Below are positions 52,101 through 62,430 of a DNA stretch of 64,000 nucleotides, piece after piece; positions within the stretch are counted from its first letter, which is position 1, and each line of letters begins with the position of its first letter. The stretch lies in NCBI GenBank assembly GCA_043228905.1, contig JBHGNT010000011.1, forward strand, positions 12,772,001 to 12,836,000, given 5' to 3'. Source of the stretch: Azolla caroliniana. Lineage: Eukaryota > Plantae > Polypodiophyta. The notes below the pieces were generated by a model. The model had not been told where the DNA came from, ran no database searches, and saw nothing but the letters and a program-made list of their open reading frames with translations. The position numbers and the translations under genes were made by a program.

Positions 52101-53450
52101 CACAGGTGTCCGACCACCAAGATCTCTGACTGCCCAAACGCCGATTTTTCTCCGGAGAAGGTGAGTCGTGGGCTCTCGAGCCTCTACAGCACCTTCTCGC
52201 AGTCGTTGATGTGGTTCACGACGAACCTCCGACAGTCTCGTCCGCATCTTCCACTGGACACCCCTTTATCGGGATGTCGTCCAAGAATGGCATGGTGATG
52301 TCTGGGATGCAGTCCCTCAACACCTTGTTCATTGCGTTCACCATATGCACCACCGAATTCGTCCCGCCTTGTGGTAGGGTACACATCCGTACTAGACGGA
52401 GAGGAGTTCGCATCATCGTGATATCCCTGCTCTCCACGGCTAGCTGGAACTGGTCGTACCCCGAGTACAGATCACCGACAGAGTAAATTGACCTTTCGGC
52501 GAAGGCCTCCGCGAACTCGTCTATGGTCGGTCCGATTCCTGCGTTCCGAATGGTCACCTTATTGATCGGTTGTAGGTCTTGAATAAAAAGTAACGTGCCG
52601 TTCTTCTTTGGCATGGTAAAACACCGATTCGAGTATGGGGCACTCGACGGTTCGAGGATGCCCATCTCGACCTTCTGTTTCAACAGCTCCCTCAGCTTCG
52701 GGATGTGAGCTCTGGGTACCGGAATCGGTTTGAGGTTCCACGGCACATGCGGTACCGTGAAGATCACCATCGGTTCCACAACTGTTGGGTCTACGCACCC
52801 GATCTCCTACGGTGAGAATGCGAAAGCCTTCCCGTGCCTCCCAAGCATTCTCCGAAACCGGTCCTCTTCCGCCGGTAGTAGAAAGCCACCCCCACCGATC
52901 TTGAGCTCTCGTAGCGTTATATCGGTGAACGTGTGTCCTATGCTGGCCGGATCTCGCAAACTCGGGTCCGATGCACCCCCCTTTACTTGTAACTCGTTGC
53001 CCTCCGACAAGGGTGCCACTACTGGCCTCACCTTCCGGTCCACAGTCTTGTACTTTGTGTTCACCCGGGCCGTCCGATCTGACTCGAGCCCGTTACAGAA
53101 GTCGGTGATGACTTCGTACATCCCTTCCGAACATACCGGAATTGTCCGGTCCTTTTTAAGGCCTCCTCCGACCACCTCTCGTAACTGTCCCAAGGTGTCG
53201 TCGAAAGGGACCGCCTCCACGGCTCCATTGATTTCCTCTCCAGGGCCGAGGACTTTGCATGCCCAAAGTCGCTCCTCCGTCCTCTTCTTCTCCCGGCCAA
53301 TGATGCTGACAATCGTACAACCCCTGTTGTCCGAGAACCAAAATTTCCTACCTATAGTACATGTCTTCTTCCCTACTGTACATTTGTGGGGTTTTCCCGG
53401 GGTGTCCGGACTATTGCGGCCCCACGTCTTGATAGCCCTCTCTAAAAATC
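49113..53450 (-). pseudogene. pol: pol of E7 (RT-RH-INT), split by solo LTR 49855-50711
   Basis: Homologous to E1 pol: GDLYSGYDQF, PFLDD, VDTSPTGIG, WMVDLV, WFGPY. Confidence 0.92.
49855..50711 (+). mobile_element. Solo LTR with a CCGG-rich repeat block (49940-50140)
   Basis: TGTCGTAGTG...GGCACGACA; TSD GCGT/ACAT; interrupts the integrase segment GELDA. Confidence 0.88.
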
Positions 53451-55541
53451 CCCTCGGGTTTCGCCACCGAGGGTCTCGCGATTACGCTCATGGTTTGGTC
53501 GCACCGTCAGGAACTAGACCGAGTGATGCCCGTCCTGGCTCTTGACTCTTGCATAGGCCGAACCGTTGTCCAACACCTTGGTCTCCATCCGTGCCGCCGT
53601 GATGTATGGTTCTCCTAGTATAACCAAATGTGAGGACGTCTCCTGCACAAAGAAGTGTTGGTAGATCTCTACATCACCGATTTTCACCTGTACGTTCGGG
53701 CAGGCTCCATGTAGTTCTTCCGTGGCGCGTGTCGCTGCCCGTATTTTCCAGCCGTGTTTGGTGTTGATCGGCCATTTCCCCTTTTTGTACAAGTCCATGG
53801 ACATCAAGTTGATTTCTGAATCGTGGTCCACCAACGCCACCACCGGCTCCTGGACATCCCCGACCTTAACAGGGGTCTCCGTGGTCGCTCTGGTCCAGTG
53901 CAGCCTCGAATAGTGGCTCTCCGCCAACTCTCTTCTAGTGCCATGTCCTCTATGTGCGTCGTTTGCACTTCCACCGACTTCTCCGGCTCTGGCTCTGTTG
54001 ACAACCTCTTCCTCTTCACCAAGTCTACGATGGAGTCGTGGAACTCCTTCTTGGCGATCACGACCACTTCCCTCAGCGACAACTCCACTTTGCTGTCGAG
54101 GATACGTTCCTCCAAGACCTTTCGCAGGTTCGTGGTCCTTTCGATTTCCGTGCTCAACCGGTACCCGACCTTCTTGGCTTTATTCGGTGCGCCGGTCACA
54201 CTGGCCTCATTCTGCCTTTGACCGAATCGGGTCTCCTACCGTTGCGAGGGTCCGGCCCCTCCGGTTTTACCTACTCGCTTGTCTTCCACCAGAGCCTCGT
54301 AGTTCTGGCATGCGGCTTCAACGAAGCCCGTCTTCTCTTCGACTGGGTCACTCCATCCGGTTACCTCCCGGACCCGTTTTTCCGCGCGGTCCGCTTCTTC
54401 TTTCCTTAGCCGTGCGCTGGCGAGGCCTTCCAACATTAGCGGCTAGAATCCAGCTTCGTTCGTCTTCTGGGCCTCCCCATCTCCGACCCGGATCCCAGCT
54501 AGCGCCGAGTAGTAGACGGTCCAGGGCGCTTCATACCCCCTCGTCTGACATTCAGGTCCAAGGCCCTTCGGGTCTCGCTAGCGTGCACCCGACTGTTCCA
54601 TAGGTACACCACGTTGGCTCTCATTGCCTCGGCAAAGTCCCCGCAGTCCTTCCGGACGTGGCTGACTGTGTCGCACCACAAACACCGATTTCCAGCCCAG
54701 AGGCCTTCGGTCACGGGCCTGTTCGCCGCCGTCCCTCCGTGCCTGTGCAATCTGGAGGTCATTTACCATCCTAGTCAGCTCCTCTAGAGCTGCTCCTCCG
54801 GACGAGCCTCTGACCATGCCGGTCGAAGTCGATCCGGTCTCGAGCCAGTCTCGGGTTTCTTCCCTTCGCGTTGGCGGGGTTGGCTCGAGTTTCCTTGCTG
54901 CTACAGAGCCCGCCCTTGTTGATCCATTATCGACCCACTCTCGCCGTTTGTCAAAACGGCCACAGACTCTCTTCACCACGGCCGAGTCGGCCGTCAGCCC
55001 GTCATCAGTCTCAAGCAGGAGACCCACTTGCTCTCGGTCCCTCACATCCACCGACTTAACGAACAACAGGACGCGACTTTTGTCTAGTACAGTCCGGTTG
55101 AGCGCCGAAAGACGCGCGAAGCGTTCTTCAAACTCCTGGGGGAGCACCGACGCGTTTCTCCCCTTTTCGGGGGTCTCTACCCATTCCATGAAGTCCCGTT
55201 TCGAGAGCCGAAGCGCGTCATCAAGCCCTTATTTTTCGAGGAGTCGACCTTCAAACTCTTCCCAGGTCCAACTCTCAACCCGTACCTCGAGCACCTCCGC
55301 ATGGATGCCCAACATCGCCACCCGAGGGAATCCGGTCAGTCGCCTTTCTTGCTGAATGTCTCTCATTACCATCTCGGCCCGGTAGGCCTCCAAATAGCTC
55401 ATCGCGTCCTTCCCACCGAACCAGCCTATCGTGCCGATGACCGCTTCAATAGCCCTATCTAGGGCGCATGCGCCTTCGCGCACACTCACTATCCGATCCA
55501 CAGCCGAAGCCATGGCTTCCGCGAGATCCGACCCCCCTCAT
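53442..55541 (-). pseudogene. gag: gag-protease of E7
   Basis: CLWCDTVSHVRKDC; ALVDHDSEINLM. Confidence 0.9.
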
Positions 55542-55979
55542 CTTTCTATTCCTCTGCCGCCCGTTTCACGTCAGGTTCACCAAATATGTCGCATTGTTAC
55601 GTGCGTGGGTGGAGAACGAGGCGGGACCACCGGGGTCTTGGACCGAGAAATAGCTGAGAAGGAGGAGAACGGAAAGGCAATGGACGCACTTGCACACGCG
55701 CAGACACGGGGACACACAGGAATCACAGTCCAACAACACAGCAAAATGAGATGACTAGAAGTCCGAGTATATGAAGACGTATGTATATAAATATATATAT
55801 ATATATCATGACGGTTACAACTAATAGGTCGGCAATCTTACTAGGACCAAATGGTCGAAACAAGGAGTGCGTAGGGATAGGCACACGACGATTAGAGGGT
55901 GCTTAAGCTAAACAAGAGAAAGTAGGCAACATACACTAATGAGAGAGAGAGAGAGATGTTTTTAATTCAAAGAGGGTGG

Positions 55980-56034
55980 TGGTCTTAGTCAAACTAGTTT
56001 CGCTCAATAGTGGAGCTCTTTAGTGCAAAGACCA
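55980..56034 (-). ncRNA. Degenerate minimal type I hammerhead ribozyme
   Basis: TGGTCTT-TGCA-CTAAAGA-GCTC-cactatt-GAGC-GAAACTAGTT-TGACT-AAGACCA: stems I and II pair and stem III is the palindrome ACTAGT; the core carries CTGA>CTAA and probably GTC>GTT. Confidence 0.75.
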
Positions 56035-56143
56035 TTACAACAAGAGAATGTGATTTATAAAGGGGTGGGAAGGAAGAGGGAGTGAGAGAAAAGGAGTGGG
56101 GAGGATTTGATTTGTGTAGTAGATGAGAGAGAATAGAATGTGG

Positions 56144-56182
<39 letters not shown>

Positions 56183-56279
56183 GTGTGTAGGAAAGTGATA
56201 GGGAATGAGAGAGGGGGAATTAGTATAATGATGATGGTGAGGGGGGAGTTCTTAATGTGATGAAAAAGGAGGATTTAGG

Positions 56280-56462
56280 ATAATATTAAGTGGGGGATGT
56301 GGGTGAATTATTTGAAAACTTAGTGTTAAGTGGGGGATTTGGGCGGATTGTTTGAAACTTTAGTCTTAAGTGGGGGATTTGGGTGGATTGTTTGAAAACT
56401 TAGGTTTAAGTGGGGGATTTTGGTGGATTTTTTGAAGGATTTTTTGAAAACTTAGTCTTAAC
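56280..56462 (+). repeat. About 5 tandem ~39-bp repeats at the PLE ORF end / 3' UTR
   Basis: TTAAGTGGGGGATTTGGGTGGATTGTTTGAAAACTTAG units. Confidence 0.85.
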
Positions 56463-57724
56463 TAGGAGGGCATGTAAGGACTTAGATTTTGTCCAACATA
56501 CGAAAGGTCATGAGATGCTTGTAAGCTCGGGATCTAACATTAAGTCATTATAGAGATTTTTTAGAAAACTATGAATGCCTAGTTTTGGGGTATGTTTGGT
56601 GTATCTAAGTTTAAAGATTATGGGGTTAAGGGAAGTAATAGTTTTGGGTTGATATAGGAGTGTTTTTCTAAGACTAAAAGGTATTTTCTTATAGCTTTTT
56701 AGTATAAAGGACGGAGGGTAACCATGGTTAACTAGTCTATTGAAAAAGAGTTTTTTCATTTGGTAGAAACCTAATGGGGTGCTTTCTCTAATGAGATATC
56801 TCTTCACTTCATTAGTGATAAAGTGTTGTTTCGTATGGGAAGGATGATCCGATGAAAAAGGCAAGTATTGGTATGAATTGAGAGGTTTTTGAAAACAATT
56901 GAATAAGAAAGATGAATTTTCGAGGTTGATCCATATGTCTAAAAATGGTAGCCGAAAGGGGGAAGTTTGAATGGTAAGCTTGATGGAGTTATTTGTGTGT
57001 AAAGGGTAAAAGTCGAGATATTCTAAAAGTTGAGATTTGGTGCCTGTCCAGACCCCAAATGCATCATCAATATAGCGGGTGAAGTAGAAGAGATGGGGGG
57101 GCGATGGTTGTAAGTTGTATCTGAAAAGTGGCTGACTCTCTTATAGGTGGTAGAATTCGAGAGGTGTTCTATGGCTTTGGTGTAGTATGTGTCTTTATCT
57201 AGAACACATACTCCCATATTTTTATCGACTGGGAGGATGATAATGTGTTTGTTGTGTTGGAGGCTTTTAAAGGCTCTAGAGAGGTGGTATGGGATTCTAG
57301 TGTTTATGGGCTTAGTGTTGTGTGCTATTTGGTTAAGGATGTGTTGGTGTTTTTCTATTATGGAGACTAGGGGTGGATATTCTGTGGGTGGCATCCAACT
57401 AGGGTTAGGTAGTTTGAAGGGGTTGAGAGGAAGTGAAGGTGTATTTCTAAAAAAATGTTTTAGCTTGAGGGATCTAGAGAGGTGGGTGAATTCTTTTAGG
57501 ATATTGTTGGGTGAGGGAGGTGGGGATGGTAGGATATACTTAAGGCCTAGGTTTAGCAATTGTGTTTCATTTTTAGTGATGTTATGTTTAGAGAGGTTAT
57601 GGATTTTACTATGAATTACTTGTGTACTAGTAAGAGGTTTCCAAAAGTTGGTTCTAGGTTTTTTATTTCGGGATTTGGTGTGTGAAAGGAAGGGAAATAG
57701 TTTCTGTTTTCCCCCAAACCACAA
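56400..57724 (-). pseudogene. PLE reverse transcriptase (motifs 1-4 deleted near 57120)
   Basis: The N-terminal domain abuts the RYIDD-containing frame, which stays open to the thumb ORF at 56508-56864. Confidence 0.85.
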
Positions 57725-57863
57725 ATATGTGTCTTGGGTGGAGGGGGATCTATTAAGTAGGTAGAATAAACGTTTGCTAGGGTGTACGGCATGTCTAAAC
57801 CGTTTGTTAACGCGTTTAGCACGCCTAGCTAACCGTTTTTTGGTCTACTAGGTTGTGGGTCTC

Positions 57864-59408
57864 CTAGTGGTTTTGGGGGAGGACAAGGTTTTGATGTATT
57901 TTTGTAGTGTTTATAGCTTTTATGTGAGGGAGTGTTAGAAGAAAAGTTGGGGGTTTTTGTGTTAGGAAGAAAGGGGGTGCGAGAATAAACGTTGGGGGTT
58001 TTTGTATTAGGGAGAAAGGGGGGGGGTTAGTGTAATATGGAGGATGTGTAGGGGGGAGATGAGTTGAATATGGAGGATGTGTTGGGGGGGAATGATAAGT
58101 ATAATGAGAGTGATGTGGGCTAATTAAAGGGGTATGAGTAGGGTAAGGATTTGAAAAAAGGTGGGGAAGGGCATTATGAAAATTAGATGATAATGGGGGA
58201 GGTGTAGAGTGATAAATGGAAGAAAATTGTGGGGGGTTTGAATGGAATTCTTCAACATTAAGGGGGTGGGTAGAGTAAGAATTAGACAAAAAGGGGGAGG
58301 GGGTATCCATGTAATATTTAGAAAGTAAAAAGGGGGTAGGAGGAGGAGGATGGGGGAACGAGTGAGAGAAAGAGGGAGGGGGGGAGGAGGAGGAGGAGGA
58401 GGAGGGAGCTGTTTGTACAGAGAGGTTGCGTGGGGGGAGAGAGGAGTGGGGAAGATTAGGGTTACGTAGGTGGGAGACATTGTTTTCTTCATAATACATG
58501 TGTGGGGTTGGGAGGAGAGGGGGCATGTATCCATGCCGGCTGCCTTGTGCAGTCCCGTGCATCATGCCATGGAGGGGGGGTTTTAGATCTATAGGCCGGC
58601 TGTCATACACAGTCCGGAGCCTTACATTGGAGGGGGAGAACGGGTATGTATGATGGTTTCCGTTTCCATTTCCATAGATATGGTCGTTACCGGGTCGAAG
58701 ATGGAGTGGCGGCCATGCTTGTAATTGTGAATGGTACTGGTCGCGTTGGCGTTCGTTGTGAGTGGGTGGCTGGTTCCTGTCGAATGTCAGTATTGAAGTA
58801 TGTGGATCCAACATATATGGTGGATGGTGTCCGGTGTTGATTGTGGTATAGGGATGTGAGGGAAGTTTATTTTGGTTAATAAATGTGACCCTCGGGCCAT
58901 TAAGGTTAAAAGGGGGGACAAAGTTCTTACTCACTTCATTTGTGGATATATTGCAGGTAAATCGGGGGAGAGAGTGATGATTGGTTGGTCGGAGAGGCTT
59001 TTGTTGCAAGGGTTTAGGGTTAGGTTTATGGTTGGTGTTATTTTTAGGGTTAGGCTTATGGTTGGTGTTATTTTTAGGGTTATTGTTAGGGTTAGTAATA
59101 GGGTTGGTTTTAAGCTTATGATTAGTATTAGGATGTATCTTTTTAGGACCAAATGGTCGGACATGCACATCACTGTTATGTTTAGCACTACTAGTGGTAT
59201 CGAGAGTTCTAAAGTGTGATGGACTATTATAATAATCTTCATAGTCATTCTCTTCACTCATCTCTATATCTATTTTTCTAATCTTTAACTTCTTTGACGT
59301 ATCTGCAATACTTGTGTGTGTTTTTTCTAAGAGTTCATTGTTTGTGAGTGATTTTTCTTTATATTTAGTAGCATTTAAATGTATGGCAGTTTCGATTGTG
59401 TGATTCAT
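57864..59408 (-). CDS. PLE upstream ORF, 514 aa, Pro/His/Asn-rich low complexity
   Basis: Long open frame co-oriented with RT, with the same A/C-rich coding-strand bias; frame open up to the 5' junction. Confidence 0.55.
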   Translation of the reverse strand: MNHTIETAIHLNATKYKEKSLTNNELLEKTHTSIADTSKKLKIRKIDIEMSEENDYEDYYNSPSHFRTLDTTSSAKHNSDVHVRPFGPKKIHPNTNHKLKTNPITNPNNNPKNNTNHKPNPKNNTNHKPNPKPLQQKPLRPTNHHSLPRFTCNISTNEVSKNFVPPFNLNGPRVTFINQNKLPSHPYTTINTGHHPPYMLDPHTSILTFDRNQPPTHNERQRDQYHSQLQAWPPLHLRPGNDHIYGNGNGNHHTYPFSPSNVRLRTVYDSRPIDLKPPLHGMMHGTAQGSRHGYMPPLLPTPHMYYEENNVSHLRNPNLPHSSLPPRNLSVQTAPSSSSSSSPPPSFSHSFPHPPPPTPFLLSKYYMDTPSPFLSNSYSTHPLNVEEFHSNPPQFSSIYHSTPPPLSSNFHNALPHLFSNPYPTHTPLISPHHSHYTYHSPPTHPPYSTHLPPTHPPYYTNPPPFSLIQKPPTFILAPPFFLTQKPPTFLLTLPHIKAINTTKIHQNLVLPQNH

Positions 59409-59491
59409 TGCAAAATCATCACATGCTTGTAAAATTTCTATAGCAAAGCTTTAGGCTCTGGCTCTGGCTCTGGCTTTGGCTTTGGCTCTGG

Positions 59492-61965
59492 CTCTTCCTC
59501 TTCACCAAGTCTATGATGGAGTCGTGGAACTCCTTCTTGGCGATCACGAGCACTTCCCTCAGCGACAACTCCACTTTGTTGTCGAGGATACGTTCCTCCA
59601 GGACCTTTCGCAGGTCTGTGGTCCTTTCGATTTCCATGCTCAACCGGTACCCGACCTTCTTGGCTTTATCCGGTGCACCGGTCGCATTGGCCTCATTCTG
59701 CCTTTGACCGAATCGGGTCTCCTACCATTGCGAGGGCCCGGCCCCTCCGGTTTTACCTACTCGCTTGTCTTCCACCAGAGCCTCGTAGTTCTGGCATGCG
59801 GCTTCAACGAAGCCAATCTTCTCTTCGACCAGGTCACTCCATCCGGTTACCTCCCGGACCCGTTTTTTCGCGCGGTCCGCTTCTTCTTTCCTTAGCCGTG
59901 CGCCGACGAGGCCTTCCAACATTAGCAGCTAGAATCCAGCTTCGTTCGTCTTCCGGGCCTCACCACCTCCGACCCGGATCCCAGCTAGCCCCGAGTAGTA
60001 GACGGTCCAGGGCCCTTCATACCCCCTCGTCTGACATTCAGGTCCAGGGCCCTTCGGGTCTCGCTAGCGTGCACCCGACCGTTCCATAGGTACACCACGT
60101 TGGCTTTCATTGCCTCGGCAAAGTCCCCGCAGTCCTTCCGGACGTGGCTGACCGTGTCGCACCACAAACACCGATTTCCAGCCCAGAGGCCTTCGGTCAC
60201 GAGCCTGTTCGCCGCCGTCCCTCCGTGCCTGTGCAATCTGGAGGTCCTTTACCATCCTAGTCAGCTCCTCTAGAGCTGCTCCTCCGGACGAGCCTTTGAC
60301 CATGCCAGTCGAAGTCGATCCGGTCTCGAGCCAGTCTCGGGTCTCTTCCCTTCGCGTTGGCGGGGTTGGCTCGAGTTTCCTTGCTACTACAGAGCCCACA
60401 CCTGTTGATCCTTTATCGACCCACTCTCGCCGTTTGTCAAAATGACCACAGAATCTCTTCACCACGGCCCAGTCGGCCGTAAGCCCGTCATCAGTCTCCA
60501 GCAGGAGACCCACTTGCTCTCGGTCCCTCGCATCCACCGACTTAACGAACAACAGGACGCGACTTGTGTCTAGTACGGTCCGGTCGAGCGCCGAAAGACG
60601 CGCGAAGCGTTCTTCAAACTCCTGGGGGAGCACCGACGCGTTTCTCCCCTTTTCGGGGGTCTCTACCCATTCCATGAAGTCCCGTTTTGAGAGCCGAAGT
60701 GCGTCATCAAGCCCGTATTTTTCGAGGAGTCTACCTTCAAACTCTTCCCAGGTCCAACTCTCAGCCCGTACCTCGAGCACCTCCGCATGGATGCCCAACA
60801 TCGCCACCCGAGGTAATCCAGTCAGTCACCTTTCTTGCAGAATGTCTCTCATTACCATCTCGGCCCGGTAGGCCTCCAAATAGCTCATGGCGTCCTTCCC
60901 ACCGAACCAGCCTATCGTGCCGATGACCGCTTCAATAGCCCTATCGAGGGCGCATGCGCCTTCGCGCGCTGTCGTGAAGAAAACTGTCCACAAGCGGAAT
61001 CGGTGCACCGGAGCGTAGGAATCGTCTCTTCATGCACAAACGCCTCATGTTGTACAAAAGAGAGAATTAGGGACATGGAAGATCCTAGGTAGGTAGGAAG
61101 TTAATAGGAAACGGCTCCCTTCTTGCCTATAAAAGGAGGGAGACGAGGAGGGGGGAAGGGATCGCGGATATAGGAGGACGAAGTGCTGTCGGTTTGTGGA
61201 AAAAAGGCTTCTCTCTCTCTCCCCCAAGCTCCGTGGCTTCTTTCTGTGCAGGTTTCGGGAGGCTCTCGCTGCTCTGAGGAATGCCCGAGTGCTTCCGGCA
61301 GCACCTCCAACCTACTCCTTTCTTTCTGTGCGTTTACGAACAGGCATCGACATCTGTTCGCCGGCCTGTTCGGTTGTAACCGACTTCGTGCTTCTTGTTG
61401 TTTGTCTTGTTTATATATATTTTTACATACATTCGTGTCTCTCTGTGTCGCTGTCGCACTCGCGTCTTTGTGTCGAAGGGCTGTGTCCCTGTGAATCTAC
61501 GCTCGCACCCAGTAGGTCTCTTCCCTTCTCCTTTTCTCTCTTGCTCTTCGGTACAAGACCCCCGAGCTCCCGCCTCGTTCCACGCATCCGCGAGGAATAC
61601 CTCAACAACGCACTCACTATCCGATCCACATGCGAAGCCATGGCTTCCGCGATATCCGACCCCCCTCATCTTTCTATTCCTCTGCCGCCCGTTTCACGTT
61701 GGGGGTTCACCAAATATGTTGCGTTGTTACGCGCGTGGGTGGAGAACGAGGCGGGACCACAGGGGTCTTGGACCGAGAAATAGCTGAGAAGGAGGAGAAC
61801 GAAAAGGCAATGGACGCACTTGCACACACGCAGACACGGTAGCACACATGAATCACAATCCAACAACACAGCAAAATGAGACGACTAAAAGTCCGAGTAT
61901 ATGAAGACGTATGTATATAAATATATATATATATATCAAGACGGTTACAACTAATAGGTCGGCAA
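59492..61965 (-). repeat. Second copy of 54006-55835 (gag 5' part, PBS, U5), later hit by solo LTR 60970-61607
   Basis: Colinear near-identity, including shared lesions (FW>F* stop, deletion of LMEEAAARHAE). Confidence 0.9.
60970..61607 (+). mobile_element. Solo LTR related to the E1 LTR
   Basis: TGTCGTGAAGAAAA...CTCAACA; TSD GCGC/ACGC, checked against the empty site near 55475. Confidence 0.88.
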
Positions 61966-62430
61966 GACGAACACCGACGCCTGTTCACTCACACATAGAA
62001 GAGCGAGGTGGAGACTCTACCGGAAGCACACGAGCGTTCCATGGAGCAGAGTCAGCCTCCCGAAAACCTGTGCAAAATGGCTATGGATAGTGGCAGAGGA
62101 GAAGGGCTCGGTCCCAACCCGGCAACACTTCGTCCTCTCTAACGCACGATCCCTTTCCATTCATCTCCCTCTCTTTTATAGCCCAAGTAGGGAGGCCGTT
62201 ATCATCCATTACATCACATTAATTCTCTATCCTTTCGGACAGAGATACACCTCGATTCTCTCCCTATTGAATGCGTGCTACCTAGGATTTCACCTCAGCC
62301 GACTTGTACCTACCTACTTACCATACAACGAAAAGTGTGCTCGCGTGTAAGGGCCAATTTACACACGCTAAACTCGGTTTCCGCCTAGGGACGGTTTTCT
62401 TCACGACAATGCAGAATACCGCGACACCGT

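Larger units (their letters stand above)
55836..59453 (-). mobile_element. Penelope-like retroelement with no detectable GIY-YIG endonuclease; 5'-truncated, RT internally deleted
   Basis: PLE RT N-terminus IHNLS..ETQLLNLGLKY..DKNMGVCV; FTRYIDDAFGVW (RYIDD at 57063-57077), LPFLDI, YQYLPFSSDHP..GYP; the ORF runs into tandem repeats; hammerhead motif downstream. Confidence 0.85.
48334..62408 (-). mobile_element. GC-rich Trp-primed Gypsy (E7) with an internal ~1.8-kb duplication, a PLE and two solo LTRs
   Basis: 3' LTR 48334-49037, 5' LTR 61717-62408, extra partial LTR 55587-55835; TSD ACGC/ATGC; PPT 49038-49050. Confidence 0.9.
20906..62426 (+). mobile_element. Pol-less Trp-primed LTR element (E5), host of the whole 21-62 kb nest; 3' LTR split into 30885-31363, 32069-32234, ~48196-48333 and 62413-62426
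   Basis: The 5' LTR tip GCATGCGGAATACCGCGACA (to 20929) matches the rebuilt 3' LTR tip GCACGC|AGAATACCGCGACA (62426). Trp PBS at 20934; gag at 20968-21156 continues at 26829-27300; PPT at ~30873-30884. Confidence 0.75.

Noticed and set aside
55844-55861. Second hammerhead on the plus strand (GACC-AAAT-GGTC-GAAAC)
   Set aside because: There is no CUGANGA box upstream and no stem I.
57864-59408. Host extensin or proline-rich cell-wall gene
   Set aside because: It has no signal peptide or regular SPPPP repeats, lies inside the PLE boundaries and shares its strand bias.
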